Below, in pieces: positions 41,195-51,746 of a stretch of DNA of 63,288 nt. Position 1 is the first letter of the stretch; the number at the start of each line of letters is the position of its first letter. Made by a program: the position numbers and the translations under genes. The DNA comes from Colwelliaceae bacterium (GTDB lineage: Bacteria; Pseudomonadota; Gammaproteobacteria; Enterobacterales; Alteromonadaceae), in the NCBI GenBank assembly GCA_023954655.1, contig JAGSHH010000001.1:1-63288 (forward strand), in the 5' to 3' direction. Under the pieces are notes generated by a model. That model was not told the DNA's origin. It did not search any database and saw nothing but the letters and a program-made list of their open reading frames with translations.

Positions 41195-41956
41195 TTATTT
41201 TTGTTGTCTTGAAGAATTCACTGTAGAGACATTTACTGGTTTAAGTTGGGCTCGTAATTTCCATTTAGGTTTTATTGGAGTCAAAGGTAAAACGCGTTTT
41301 TTAGCGACTATTACATAAATAGAACCTAATTGAGGGAAGTATCGTTGAGCAAGTTTACGCCAATTTCGAGAGATAAAGCCCTGGCTCATTTCTTTAGCAA
41401 GTGATGAATGTAAACAACGTTCATCCATTAATATTTCATAGCCCATCAAATGAAGCCAATCTTTTACCCTCATCGCTGAGAAAAATCGTTCATTCCAAGG
41501 GGATTGTTGTCGTCGATATGGAATAAAACTATTCAATCCGGCCAAACTAAAAGGGTTATAACCCGATAAAACTAAATAACCATTAGGGATCAATGTTCGA
41601 TTGGCTTCTCGAATGACATGATGTGGATCTAACGAAAACTCTAGAGCGTGTGTAAGCACACAAACGTCAACACTATGCTCTAAAATAGGTAAGTCATCTA
41701 CTTCAGCAAATATAGGAATATCAGAACCATCAGCTAGTTTTTTATTTTCCAACAAAGTGACCTGATGTTTTATAGGACAATTTTTACTATCGACAAAACT
41801 ACTTAAAGCACCAATTTTGAGTAAATGATAGCCAAAAAGCTTTGGCCACCATGGCGCTAAAACTTGATTTATTTCATTTAAGATTAACTCTCCATTTGGC
41901 AACTTGGCCCACGAAGAAGGATAATGAGGTTGTCTAAATGCTAATGCTGGTTTCAT
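41195..41956 (-). CDS. YafS-like class I SAM methyltransferase fold protein
   Basis: FGYHLLKIG, HALEFSLDPHHVIREANR, RVKDWL, PLTPIK; divergent from gloB. Confidence 0.85.
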   Translation of the reverse strand: MKPALAFRQPHYPSSWAKLPNGELILNEINQVLAPWWPKLFGYHLLKIGALSSFVDSKNCPIKHQVTLLENKKLADGSDIPIFAEVDDLPILEHSVDVCVLTHALEFSLDPHHVIREANRTLIPNGYLVLSGYNPFSLAGLNSFIPYRRQQSPWNERFFSAMRVKDWLHLMGYEILMDERCLHSSLAKEMSQGFISRNWRKLAQRYFPQLGSIYVIVAKKRVLPLTPIKPKWKLRAQLKPVNVSTVNSSRQQK

Positions 41957-42020
41957 TTATGCTGGTTTCAGTTACACAAGTAACAGTATAATAAGTTATT
42001 AACCTTATTGAGAATGATCT

Positions 42021-42830
42021 ATGCCACAAAGTCAAATTACAACTAAAAATTTAATCGTCGGCATTAAAGCATTTTCTGATAATTATATTTGGGCTATTTC
42101 TTCCAAAAGCTCAAATTACCTGACTTTAGTAGATCCAGGTGATGCTCAAGTATGTATTGAATACCTTGAAAGGAATAATTTAATATTATCATCAATATTA
42201 GTGACTCATCATCATGCTGATCATATCGGTGGAATTGAAAGGCTTTATGAATATTGCCAAGAGAAAAACTGGCCTCTCGAAATATATTCACCAAAAAATG
42301 AAAATATCCCTCACTCTACCCACAAACTTAAACAAGATGATAACATTCATTTAGCGTCACTAGATCTTTCTTTTAAGGTGATAGACCTACCAGGACATAC
42401 CCTTGGACATATTGCTTATCATAATGAAAACATTCTGTTTTGTGGAGATACATTATTTTCAGCAGGATGTGGAAGGATTTTTGAAGGCTCTCCGGAACAA
42501 ATGCTGCAATCATTAACAAAATTAAAAAATTTACCAGAAAGAACTCTCGTTTATTGTACTCATGAATATACATTAGCAAACTTAACATTTGCTTTAACCG
42601 TTGACCCTAGTAATCCTGAATTAGTACATTATTATAATCAAGTACAACAATTAAGGGCTGTAAATAAAAGCACCCTACCTTCTTCAATTTTAAGAGAAAA
42701 ACAAATTAATCCATTCTTACGGAGCTTTGATATGAATATACAACAAAGTGTCAGTGAATATGCTAATAAGTCAATTTCAAGCGAATTAGATACTTTTACA
42801 GCTCTTAGAAGTTGGAAAGATAATTTTTAA
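42021..42830 (+). CDS. gloB: Hydroxyacylglutathione hydrolase (glyoxalase II)
   Basis: THHHADHIGG, PGHTLGH, GDTLFSAGCGR, CTHEYT, LRSWKDNF. Confidence 0.95.
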   Translation: MPQSQITTKNLIVGIKAFSDNYIWAISSKSSNYLTLVDPGDAQVCIEYLERNNLILSSILVTHHHADHIGGIERLYEYCQEKNWPLEIYSPKNENIPHSTHKLKQDDNIHLASLDLSFKVIDLPGHTLGHIAYHNENILFCGDTLFSAGCGRIFEGSPEQMLQSLTKLKNLPERTLVYCTHEYTLANLTFALTVDPSNPELVHYYNQVQQLRAVNKSTLPSSILREKQINPFLRSFDMNIQQSVSEYANKSISSELDTFTALRSWKDNF

Positions 42831-42913
42831 TTACGATAAACATCGTTTACTCAGTTGATAGTTAGGTGCAAATAAGTAACACTTACCCTTAAGAATAAAT
42901 AGCTAGATATTTC

Positions 42914-44569
42914 ATGAAATATATATCATTTTCAATTTCTGCGGCAATAGCCCTTGTTGGTTGTCAAACAACGACAAACCAAGATAAAAATCCTCTTGTA
43001 AAAAACAATATCGATGCAATTCCACAAATTGTTGAAAATATTGCTACACCTGTTGATATTAGCCAAGCATTACTAGCTGATGAAACAGCAGCTGTTATTC
43101 ATCCTGTTGACGATGTTGAGATTTCACTTTCAGATAAGGTCAACGTTAGTGATGATGTTTGGCAACGCATAAGAGAACAATTAACGTTTAACGTTGAACA
43201 AAATCGTCGTGTAATTGTTCAACGAAATTGGTATGCAAAAAACCAGGCTTATTTAGATCGAGTAGCCAAACGTGCCAAACCATATATGCACTATATCGTT
43301 GAAGAATTAGAAGCCGCTAACATGCCACTAGAAATGGCATTGTTACCGATTGTTGAAAGTGCCTTTGATCCATTTGCTTACTCTCATGGGCGAGCTTCAG
43401 GTATGTGGCAATTTGTTCCGGGAACAGGCACACGTTTTGGTATGAAGCAAAACTGGTGGTACGACGGTAGACGTGATGTTATCGCATCTACAAAAGGTGC
43501 AATTAAATACCTAAAATATTTGCATAAATTTTTTGATGGTGATTGGTTATTAGCCCTTGCAGCTTATAATTCAGGAGAAGGTAGAGTTAGAAGAGCAGTT
43601 AAGAACAATGCTCGTCGTAAAATGCCAACAGACTTTTGGTCTCTCGATTTACCTAAAGAAACAAGAGCTTACGTCCCTAAGTTACTTGCTTTAGCTGATT
43701 TAGTAAAACGTCCTAGTGATTTTGATGTTGAGCTCTTTGAAATTAAAAATCAAAGTGTAATAACTGTTGTTGATACTGGTTCGCAAATTGATCTTGCAAA
43801 AGCAGCTGAACTTGCTGAGCTTTCACTTGAAGAGCTACAACATTTAAACCCAGGTTTTAATCGGTGGGCGACAGATCCTAAAGGACCTCATTATTTAGTT
43901 ATACCAAATCATAAGGTTGCTAAGTTCAAAACAAGCTTAAGCTCATTAAGTAAAAAAGATCGCTTAGCTTGGCAACGCTATCAAATAAGAAATGGCGATA
44001 GTCTTGGGAAAATAGCTAAAAAATTCAATACTGATATGGGTGTTATCAAGCAAGTTAATGACATACGTGGCAACCAAATAAGAGCAGGGAAACATTTACT
44101 GATCCCTGTTGCTGCAAAGTCACTCGATTCCTATATTTTATCACAAGATCAAAGGCTTGCTAAAAAACAAAATACTCCTAGAGGTAATGAAAAACTTACC
44201 CATACAGTTAAATCTGGCGATAATTTTTGGGATATAAGCCGTAAATATGGTGTTAATTATCGACAATTAGCAAAATGGAATGGCATGGCACCAAGAGATA
44301 CTTTAAAACTTGGTCAAAAGCTCGTTATTTGGAAAAAAACTAAAGTAACAACAAAAACGCTTAGTAAAACAGTACTTTCACCAAATGAACAAGCTATTAT
44401 GCGTAATATTACCTATAAAGTAAGACGTGGAGACTCTTTTGCCCGTATTGCTGATAAGTTCAATGTTAGTATTAAAGATATTGAACGATGGAATAGATTA
44501 AACCGTAAGAAGTATTTACAACCTGGACAAATGTTAAAATTGTCAGTCGATGTAACAAACGCAATTTAA
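42914..44569 (+). CDS. mltD: Membrane-bound lytic murein transglycosylase D
   Basis: Lipobox LVGC, LPIVESAF, GMWQF, AAYNSGEG, ETRAYVPK, three LysM domains. Confidence 0.93.
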   Translation: MKYISFSISAAIALVGCQTTTNQDKNPLVKNNIDAIPQIVENIATPVDISQALLADETAAVIHPVDDVEISLSDKVNVSDDVWQRIREQLTFNVEQNRRVIVQRNWYAKNQAYLDRVAKRAKPYMHYIVEELEAANMPLEMALLPIVESAFDPFAYSHGRASGMWQFVPGTGTRFGMKQNWWYDGRRDVIASTKGAIKYLKYLHKFFDGDWLLALAAYNSGEGRVRRAVKNNARRKMPTDFWSLDLPKETRAYVPKLLALADLVKRPSDFDVELFEIKNQSVITVVDTGSQIDLAKAAELAELSLEELQHLNPGFNRWATDPKGPHYLVIPNHKVAKFKTSLSSLSKKDRLAWQRYQIRNGDSLGKIAKKFNTDMGVIKQVNDIRGNQIRAGKHLLIPVAAKSLDSYILSQDQRLAKKQNTPRGNEKLTHTVKSGDNFWDISRKYGVNYRQLAKWNGMAPRDTLKLGQKLVIWKKTKVTTKTLSKTVLSPNEQAIMRNITYKVRRGDSFARIADKFNVSIKDIERWNRLNRKKYLQPGQMLKLSVDVTNAI

Positions 44570-44588
44570 ATAGCAACATTCTTTTTCT

Positions 44589-44617
44589 AAAAAGGCACTC
44601 AAATGAGTGCCTTTTTT
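44589..44617. terminator. Bidirectional intrinsic terminator
   Basis: AAAAAGGCACTC-aaat-GAGTGCCTTTTTT. Confidence 0.88.
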
Positions 44618-44640
44618 GTTTTTCATCTAAATATATATTT

Positions 44641-45288
44641 CTAAATTAATAAGTCAGCCAACTCATTGAGTGAATTTACAATGGCTTTAGGTTGAAATTG
44701 GCTCAAGGTTTGATGGTCATGAACACCATAACTGACACCTATACGATCAACATTGGCATTTTTTGCCATGGCCATATCATGAACCGTATCACCAATCATC
44801 ACGGCTTCTTTAGGATGAATATTCAACTCATTTAGAATTTGCTCAAGCATTTCAGGGTGTGGTTTTGATTGGCATTCTTTTGCACAACGAGATGCATGAA
44901 AATAATGTTTAGTTTTTGTCGCTTCGAATATTCTTTCTAAACCATCTCGACCTTTTCCTGTTGCTACTGCAAGCAACTTATCTTGAGTTAATAACTCTGA
45001 AAATAGTTGTTCTGCATAATTAAATAAAGGAGTAGGTGTATCGTCAATTTCAATATAATGCTCTTTATATCTCAATCTTAAAGATTCTGCTTGAACATTA
45101 TCACTATCAGGAAATAATATGTTAGTTGCTTCAGGCAAACTCAAACCAATAATGTTTTTTACTTGATCAGTAGTAGGAATAGTTAATTCAACATCTTTTG
45201 CTGCGGAACGCATTGATGAGACGATTCTGCCAACTGAATCCATTACGGTGCCGTCCCAATCAAAAATAACTAATTTATAATGATTCAT
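44641..45288 (-). CDS. HAD-IA family phosphatase
   Basis: FDWDGT, VATGK, SKPHP, MIGDTVHD. Confidence 0.9.
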   Translation of the reverse strand: MNHYKLVIFDWDGTVMDSVGRIVSSMRSAAKDVELTIPTTDQVKNIIGLSLPEATNILFPDSDNVQAESLRLRYKEHYIEIDDTPTPLFNYAEQLFSELLTQDKLLAVATGKGRDGLERIFEATKTKHYFHASRCAKECQSKPHPEMLEQILNELNIHPKEAVMIGDTVHDMAMAKNANVDRIGVSYGVHDHQTLSQFQPKAIVNSLNELADLLI

Positions 45289-45300
45289 ACCAAATAAACC

Positions 45301-46257
45301 CTACTGCTCTTTTTTAAGTTGCTTTAAAAACTTCTCTAAAGATGGTTCAAGAGGGGCTTCTATTTTTAAACGTTGCTCTGTCAATGGATGCGTAAATTCA
45401 ATACTTGCAGCATGTAAGAATAAACGCTTAAGGCCTTTATCTTTCATATTTTCATCAAATTCAGGGTGCCCATATTTAGCATCACTCGCTATTGGATGAC
45501 CTTTACATTGACAGTGTACCCTTATCTGATGAGTTCTCCCGGTAACAGGAAAAGCACGCACAAGTGTCGCACCTTGAAAATATTGTAATACTTTGTACCT
45601 AGTTTCAGACTCTTTACCGTTAATATTATCCACAATAACAACACGCTCACCTGATTTTAAATCATTTTTCTTTAATGATTCTGTAACCTTGGTTAGTTTT
45701 GCAGACCAACGGCCTTTTACTAATGCATGATAAAATTTCTGAACTTTTTTTTCTCTTAACTGCTCATGCAAATTTCTTAATGCTGAGCGTTTTTTAGCAA
45801 CGACTAAGCAGCCCGATGTATCACGATCTAGTCGATGTACTAACTCTAACATTCGAGCATCAGGTCTTAATGCCCTTAACGCTTCAATTAAGCCAAAGCT
45901 AAGGCCACTACCACCATGAACTGCCATTCCGGACGGCTTATTAATAACTATTAATCTGTCATCTTCAAACAAAATTTGTTTTTCAAGGTTGGCAACAACA
46001 TTAAGCTGAGTTGAAACTGTATTAGTATTTTCCGAAACCCTAATAGGTGCAATACGGAGAATATCTTCATTGACTAATTTGTATTCAGGCTTTTTACGTT
46101 TTTTATTTACACGAATTTCCCCCTTACGTAATAGTCTATAGATCATGCTTTTAGGCACGCCTTTTAGAGTTTTGAGCAGGAAATTGTCGATTCTTTGTCC
46201 AGCATCTTCATTATCAACAGTGATAAATCTAACTTGGGGTTTTGTACTTTCATTCAT
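45301..46257 (-). CDS. rluC: 23S rRNA pseudouridine 955/2504/2580 synthase
   Basis: S4 domain GQRIDNFL, NKPSG, VHRLDRDTSG, TGRTHQIRVH; divergent from rne. Confidence 0.95.
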   Translation of the reverse strand: MNESTKPQVRFITVDNEDAGQRIDNFLLKTLKGVPKSMIYRLLRKGEIRVNKKRKKPEYKLVNEDILRIAPIRVSENTNTVSTQLNVVANLEKQILFEDDRLIVINKPSGMAVHGGSGLSFGLIEALRALRPDARMLELVHRLDRDTSGCLVVAKKRSALRNLHEQLREKKVQKFYHALVKGRWSAKLTKVTESLKKNDLKSGERVVIVDNINGKESETRYKVLQYFQGATLVRAFPVTGRTHQIRVHCQCKGHPIASDAKYGHPEFDENMKDKGLKRLFLHAASIEFTHPLTEQRLKIEAPLEPSLEKFLKQLKKEQ

Positions 46258-46314
46258 GAGCAGGAGTTTATCATACTTTTTTAAAGGTTTCGGCTAAATA
46301 AACCAACGATTTCA

Positions 46315-46344
46315 TTGCGTTTTTAATAAAAAAAATGGGATAAT
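46315..46344 (+). promoter_or_regulatory. Putative rne promoter
   Basis: TTGCGT (46315-46320), 18-nt spacer, extended -10 TGnGATAAT. Confidence 0.5.
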
Positions 46345-46350
46345 GCGCAA

Positions 46351-46859
46351 GTTGCAGTATAATTAGACTTGCAACACAGTATTGGAAGCTTTAAGCGAAA
46401 CGTAAGAGGCGAATTGCGGCCACATTAATGTGCATCACGACAAAAATGACATATTAACAGAACGGCCAATTGCGAAAATGACTTAAATATCATGTCAATT
46501 AGAACGCATAAACAATTCAGTCCAGCGCGAATAAAGCACTATTTAAATAAGTTTTGAAAGCTTTTATATTTTTCAAACGGTAAAACACACTTAAGTAATG
46601 ACTTAAGAAATTTACCATCAAATAAAAGTTTATCAAAAAGAGCACAGCACACATGCTGAGCACATAAAGAATACATTAACAGTAAGATAAGTGTCTTACT
46701 GTAAGAGTTACAATCAGAAATTATTAACAGCTTATTACGTAATATGGCGTAATAATATTGACACCCGAGAGGCTGACAACTTGCTGTTACCTTAGCGACA
46801 GATTGCTTTGTGCACCAAGCATTATAGTGTGTTGTGACAAATAATGAGTCACAAAAACT
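46351..46859 (+). promoter_or_regulatory. Long structured rne 5' leader
   Basis: About 500 nt without a long ORF; hairpins at 46590-46607, 46679-46702, 46732-46755. Confidence 0.6.
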
Positions 46860-49751
46860 ATGAAACGTATGTTAATCAATGCTACACAATCAGAAGAATT
46901 GCGTGTAGCGCTTGTTGATGGTCAACAACTTTATGATCTTGATATAGAAAGTCCTGGTCACGAACAAAAAAAAGCCAACATTTATAAAGCCAAAATCACA
47001 CGTATAGAGCCTTCTTTAGAAGCAGCTTTTGTTGATTATGGTGCTGAACGTCACGGTTTCTTGCCAATGAAAGAAATCGCTCGCGAATACTTCCCTAAAG
47101 GTTACACATTTCAAGGTCGTCCAAGCATTAAAGATGTTTTAAAGGAAGGCCAAGAAGTTATTGTACAAATTGATAAAGAAGAGCGAGGCCAAAAAGGTGC
47201 GGCTCTTACTACATTTATCAGTTTGGCGGGTAGCTATTTAGTATTAATGCCAAATAACCCTCGTGCAGGTGGAATCTCTCGCCGAATTGAAGGCGATGAA
47301 CGTACCGATTTAAAAAACTCACTTAATAAACTTTCTTTACCTAAAGGCATGGGCTTAATTGTTCGTACTGCTGGAGTAGGAAAAGACTATGATGAATTAG
47401 AGTGGGATTTAAATCTTCTCTTAGATTATTGGCAACGTATTGAAACAGCTTCACAAAGTCGCCCTGCTCCCTTTTTAATCCATCAAGAAAGTAATGTAAT
47501 TGTTCGTGCAATTCGTGATTATTTACGTCGTGATATTGGTGAAGTACTTATTGACCGTCCAAAAACATTTGAAAGTGTTAAAGAACGTATTTCTGTAATG
47601 CGTCCGGATTTCTTAAGTAAAGTTAAACTCTATGATAACGATGTTCCATTGTTTACTCATTATCAGATAGAAACACAAATTGAATCAGCTTTCCAACGTG
47701 AAGTTCGCCTTCCATCTGGTGGTTCAATTGTGATTGATCCAACAGAAGCAATGACATCTATCGATATTAACTCTGCTCGTGCAACGAAAGGCAGTGATAT
47801 TGAGGAAACAGCGTTTAATACTAACTTAGAAGCTGCCGATGAAATTGCTCGTCAATTACGTTTACGTGATTTAGGTGGACTAGTTGTTATCGATTATATC
47901 GATATGACACCAGTACGTCATCAACGTGAAGTTGAAAATCGTATGCGTGATGCAGTTAAACCTGATCGTGCTCGTATTCAATTAGGTCGCATTTCACGAT
48001 TTGGTTTATTAGAAATGTCTCGTCAACGTTTACGCCCTTCTATAGGTGAAACTAGCCAAGGTGTTTGTCCTCGTTGTAATGGTACAGGTCATGTTCGTGG
48101 TGTTGAATCTTTAGCGTTATCAGTTCTTCGTTTAATGGAAGAAGAAGCAATAAAAGATAATACGTTGCAGGTTCAAGCTCAAGTACCTGTTCCTGTTGCA
48201 ACATACTTATTAAATGAAAAGCGTCGTTCAGTTTTTCACGTAGAGAAACATCATGGTGTTAGGGTATTAATAATACCAAATCCAAATATGGATACACCTC
48301 AATATGAAGTTGTCCGTGTTCGTAAAGATGAATCGGTTGAAGAAGCGAGTTATTTAGTTAAGGTAAAAGAGTCTGCGCCAGAAGAAGCAGTGATGCCTAA
48401 GTTTGATAATGCTGCAGTGAAGAAAGATGAACCTTTATTACAAGGCATGTCTGCTCCGAAGCAAGCACCTACAACTCAAAAAGTAGCGGTAAAGAAAGAA
48501 GAAGTAAAATCTGAAGGATTATTCTCTAGTATTTCTAAATGGTTAAAATCTTTATTTGCTCCTGAAGTAAAAAAAGAGAAACCTAAAACATCTAAACCTG
48601 CAAATAATAAAAATCGTAATCAAGAACGTCGTCCACAGCGTAATCGTAATAGTCAGCGTCGTAATAACAGACACGACAATAAAAATGAAAAACGCAATGA
48701 CAATCGTTCTGCCAAAGATAACCAAGAGAATAATGAGGCTCAAAACAAGCAAAATCGTAAACCTCAGCAACCTCGTAATCAAAAGCCTAAAGAAGAGAAA
48801 GTAGCAGAGCGTCGTCAACGAAGGAATAATCGTAAGAAAGTGCGTGTTGCGGATCAAAGTGCTGATGTTAAAAATTCAAACGTAACCGCTCAAAAGCCAC
48901 AAGTTGATAAAAGTGTATCACCAGAAAAAGTAAGTGATAACCCTGATATTGCATTGGTAAATGAAGATAAGAGCACACGTGACGAGCAACGTCCTAGAAA
49001 TAGACGTTCACCTCGCCATTTACGTTCTCATGGACAACGTCGTCGTCAAAACAATGAAGTTAAAGAAACTTCTGATTTTGTACCAAATGACCAAACTGTT
49101 GTTGATCCAATAGAAGCTCGTTACCCAGAAGTTGAAACTTCGGAAAACAAAACTGATAAAGTTGAATCTACAGAAATTCAACAAGATCTTCCTCTAGAGC
49201 CGGCAAATGAAAAAGCAGAAGTTGTTGTTGAAACATCATCAGTAGTAGAGCCAGTTATTGCAGAAGAGGCTTCAGTTGAAGCGCATACTTCTGCTGAAAC
49301 TAAGCAATCAACAGAAAATACTCAAGGTGATTTATTAGCTGAAGCAATGACTAAAGAAGCTACAATAAATGAAGCAGCTCCTGAAGCCGTAACAGAGAAA
49401 GTAGAAAAACCTATTGTTGATGAAAAACCTCAAGAAATAGTTTCAGAACCTGTTGTAGCTGAAAAAGTTAGTGAAGAGGTTATTAATGAAGAAGTCGCTG
49501 AAAAGAAAGTAGCTGTTAAGAAAAAGGCTACACCAAAAGCTAAGGTAAAAATTAATAATCCAACTAAGAAAAAACGTGTTCAACACCGTTCTTCATCAGC
49601 GATGGCAAAACCTGAAACCATTAATACGGTAAATGAAATTCCTCGTGAATTTTATAGTAATGAAGACCGTCAATCTGCTCAAGTTTCAGGCAGAATGGCT
49701 ATGGTATCTGATGTTGTTAATCGTAGTGCAGCAGGTCCTACTAAACCATAA
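46860..49751 (+). CDS. rne: Ribonuclease E
   Basis: [26 protein letters not shown] Zn link, amphipathic membrane-targeting helix [14 protein letters not shown], Arg-rich C-terminal domain. Confidence 0.97.
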   Translation: MKRMLINATQSEELRVALVDGQQLYDLDIESPGHEQKKANIYKAKITRIEPSLEAAFVDYGAERHGFLPMKEIAREYFPKGYTFQGRPSIKDVLKEGQEVIVQIDKEERGQKGAALTTFISLAGSYLVLMPNNPRAGGISRRIEGDERTDLKNSLNKLSLPKGMGLIVRTAGVGKDYDELEWDLNLLLDYWQRIETASQSRPAPFLIHQESNVIVRAIRDYLRRDIGEVLIDRPKTFESVKERISVMRPDFLSKVKLYDNDVPLFTHYQIETQIESAFQREVRLPSGGSIVIDPTEAMTSIDINSARATKGSDIEETAFNTNLEAADEIARQLRLRDLGGLVVIDYIDMTPVRHQREVENRMRDAVKPDRARIQLGRISRFGLLEMSRQRLRPSIGETSQGVCPRCNGTGHVRGVESLALSVLRLMEEEAIKDNTLQVQAQVPVPVATYLLNEKRRSVFHVEKHHGVRVLIIPNPNMDTPQYEVVRVRKDESVEEASYLVKVKESAPEEAVMPKFDNAAVKKDEPLLQGMSAPKQAPTTQKVAVKKEEVKSEGLFSSISKWLKSLFAPEVKKEKPKTSKPANNKNRNQERRPQRNRNSQRRNNRHDNKNEKRNDNRSAKDNQENNEAQNKQNRKPQQPRNQKPKEEKVAERRQRRNNRKKVRVADQSADVKNSNVTAQKPQVDKSVSPEKVSDNPDIALVNEDKSTRDEQRPRNRRSPRHLRSHGQRRRQNNEVKETSDFVPNDQTVVDPIEARYPEVETSENKTDKVESTEIQQDLPLEPANEKAEVVVETSSVVEPVIAEEASVEAHTSAETKQSTENTQGDLLAEAMTKEATINEAAPEAVTEKVEKPIVDEKPQEIVSEPVVAEKVSEEVINEEVAEKKVAVKKKATPKAKVKINNPTKKKRVQHRSSSAMAKPETINTVNEIPREFYSNEDRQSAQVSGRMAMVSDVVNRSAAGPTKP

Positions 49752-49772
49752 ACAGTTAAGTTTAGTAAAAAT

Positions 49773-49807
49773 AAAAAGCGGAAGAGTTTTCACTCTTCCG
49801 CTTTTTT
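49773..49807. terminator. Bidirectional intrinsic terminator after rne
   Basis: AAAAAGCGGAAGAG-ttttca-CTCTTCCGCTTTTTT. Confidence 0.9.
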
Positions 49808-49842
49808 ATTATCTATTTTAATATCCACTAACTATTATTCTT

Positions 49843-51048
49843 TTATTCAATATTGAAATTAGCCAACAAAATGCCTTCTGATAATGGTAAATTTTGATAA
49901 TATTTATCTCTGAGAAAATGTATAAACTTTAGTGTTTTAAAGGCATCAAACCAAACAACTAATTGTTTATTAAATTGCTCAAGTTTGACAGATTGTTGCT
50001 TAGCAACAAATGATTCAAAACCAATTGATATTAAAGCTTCCTTTATATCTTCAGTAAAATTTTCATACCAAAATTCAAGGTTATTTCGGTGTTCGCTTAA
50101 AATGTTAAAATTAGATAGTAATGTTTTCAAGCGTTCAAAAACTTCAGGATTATAATAATAATACACTTTATTTTGGGAGGTTAACTCTACTATGCTTTTT
50201 ACAGCAGGTCCGGTTCCAAACGGCACTCTATCTGACATTCTAGCCTCCAATGCCAAAATACACTTTTTAAGCCATAAAACATCACCAAGCTTGGCTAACT
50301 TATTCAGCAAATAAAAGTCTTCACCGGCAGATCTCTTAGGAAAACCACGAACACAAGCATAAACATCAGCTTTAAATGCTAAAACACTGCCTATGGTATA
50401 AAAATTATAAGGAGAGTTTGCATAAGTTAAACCCGCAACGTAATACCTTAATGACTGTTCGTATATATCATTTGCATGTTCGATGATTTTATTATCACTA
50501 AGATGAGTAAAATTATAACAAGCTGCTACGCTACTTTTTGATTCTGCAATTGCTAAACTTGAAAAATAGTTACTAGGTAATTGTGCATCAGCATCACTTG
50601 AGTGTATCCAGGGTGTTGTAATGTTTTTTTGATTAATTAAATAGCACGCTAAATCAGCACCAATTTTTCTCGCTAAACCAACACCAAATTTATCAGCAAT
50701 AGGTTTAGTGAAACGATCAACAATTAGTAACGAGGAATTTTTACAAGCAAGATTTATCAAGGTTAAATTCTTATGTTGCCAAGAAACATCTCCTTTACTT
50801 AACGCTATATTATAAAGACATTGTTGATGCTCAATATCGTTTTCTGACTCTGGTTGATTAATGACAATAATCAATAGAACATTTTGTTCAGCCAGTGATG
50901 ATTGAATAAAAGAGTCTATGAATTTTGATTCTTCTTTATATGCAGGAATAATTAACGTGTGAGAAAATCGACAATGCCGAGGGAAGGTTGAAAGTAATTC
51001 AACCTCTGGCTCGGCATAATTAATTTGATATTTTGTTAAGTTATCCAC
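49843..51048 (-). CDS. GT-A (GT2-like) glycosyltransferase-fold protein
   Basis: LIIPAYKE, GVGLARKIGAD, SDADA (DxD), GFP..AGEDFY, R.SDRVPFGTG. Confidence 0.72.
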   Translation of the reverse strand: MDNLTKYQINYAEPEVELLSTFPRHCRFSHTLIIPAYKEESKFIDSFIQSSLAEQNVLLIIVINQPESENDIEHQQCLYNIALSKGDVSWQHKNLTLINLACKNSSLLIVDRFTKPIADKFGVGLARKIGADLACYLINQKNITTPWIHSSDADAQLPSNYFSSLAIAESKSSVAACYNFTHLSDNKIIEHANDIYEQSLRYYVAGLTYANSPYNFYTIGSVLAFKADVYACVRGFPKRSAGEDFYLLNKLAKLGDVLWLKKCILALEARMSDRVPFGTGPAVKSIVELTSQNKVYYYYNPEVFERLKTLLSNFNILSEHRNNLEFWYENFTEDIKEALISIGFESFVAKQQSVKLEQFNKQLVVWFDAFKTLKFIHFLRDKYYQNLPLSEGILLANFNIE

Positions 51049-51084
51049 TTATCAATTACTTAGTTAAACAATCTAAATGGATAA

Positions 51085-51657
51085 TTAATGTAATGCTGCA
51101 CGAAACGGTAAATTTGCACAAATTTCACCTTCGGCAATTAATATTTCTTCTAGGCGAATATCGACCTCTTCTTTATCAAAATATTCATAGGCGAGTTCTA
51201 CAAAAAGGTTTTTGTGCTTTTCTTCCGATTTTGCTATTGCCGCATAAAAATCTTTCTCTTTACCTGCAGGTAGCGCTTGACCAACTAAATCAAAACGTTC
51301 ATGTCCGCGAGCTTCAATTACGGCCGCAACTAATAAACGATCTAAAAAGAACACTTCTTTCCCATGACGAAAAAGTGCACGTATATCTTTGATATACATA
51401 TCTTTTGAATCATTAGCTAGTTGAATATCTTTTGCCTGCATCAACTTAAGCACTTGCTTAAAATGAATTAATTCTTCAATAGCTAAGTCAGCCATAGCTC
51501 TAACCAAAGTTTTTCTGTCGGGGTAATGCGACAACATGGTAATAGCCATACCTGAAGCTTTTTTTTCAGCAGCAGCATGATCTTTCAAAAACTCATTAAA
51601 GTCAGCTAATACAACTTCAGTCCATTCGAATGGCGTTTTATATTTCAACTCAAACAT
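51085..51657 (-). CDS. miaE: MiaE-like di-iron hydroxylase (tRNA ms2i6A hydroxylase family)
   Basis: DHAAAEKKAS, EELIHF, DRLLVAAVIEARGHERF, SEEKH ferritin-like ligands. Confidence 0.82.
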   Translation of the reverse strand: MFELKYKTPFEWTEVVLADFNEFLKDHAAAEKKASGMAITMLSHYPDRKTLVRAMADLAIEELIHFKQVLKLMQAKDIQLANDSKDMYIKDIRALFRHGKEVFFLDRLLVAAVIEARGHERFDLVGQALPAGKEKDFYAAIAKSEEKHKNLFVELAYEYFDKEEVDIRLEEILIAEGEICANLPFRAALH

Positions 51658-51746
51658 ATTTAAAACAAAACCTAATAGTAATTTTATATTAAATACATTT
51701 TATCAACGTTAAGCATGACAAAAAAGCGATTGTTACTTTTTAAATA

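Noticed and set aside
2128-51657. Clustering of RNA modification genes (rlmI, queE, queC, rluC, miaE) as one system
   Set aside because: Spread over 50 kb in separate, ordinary operons
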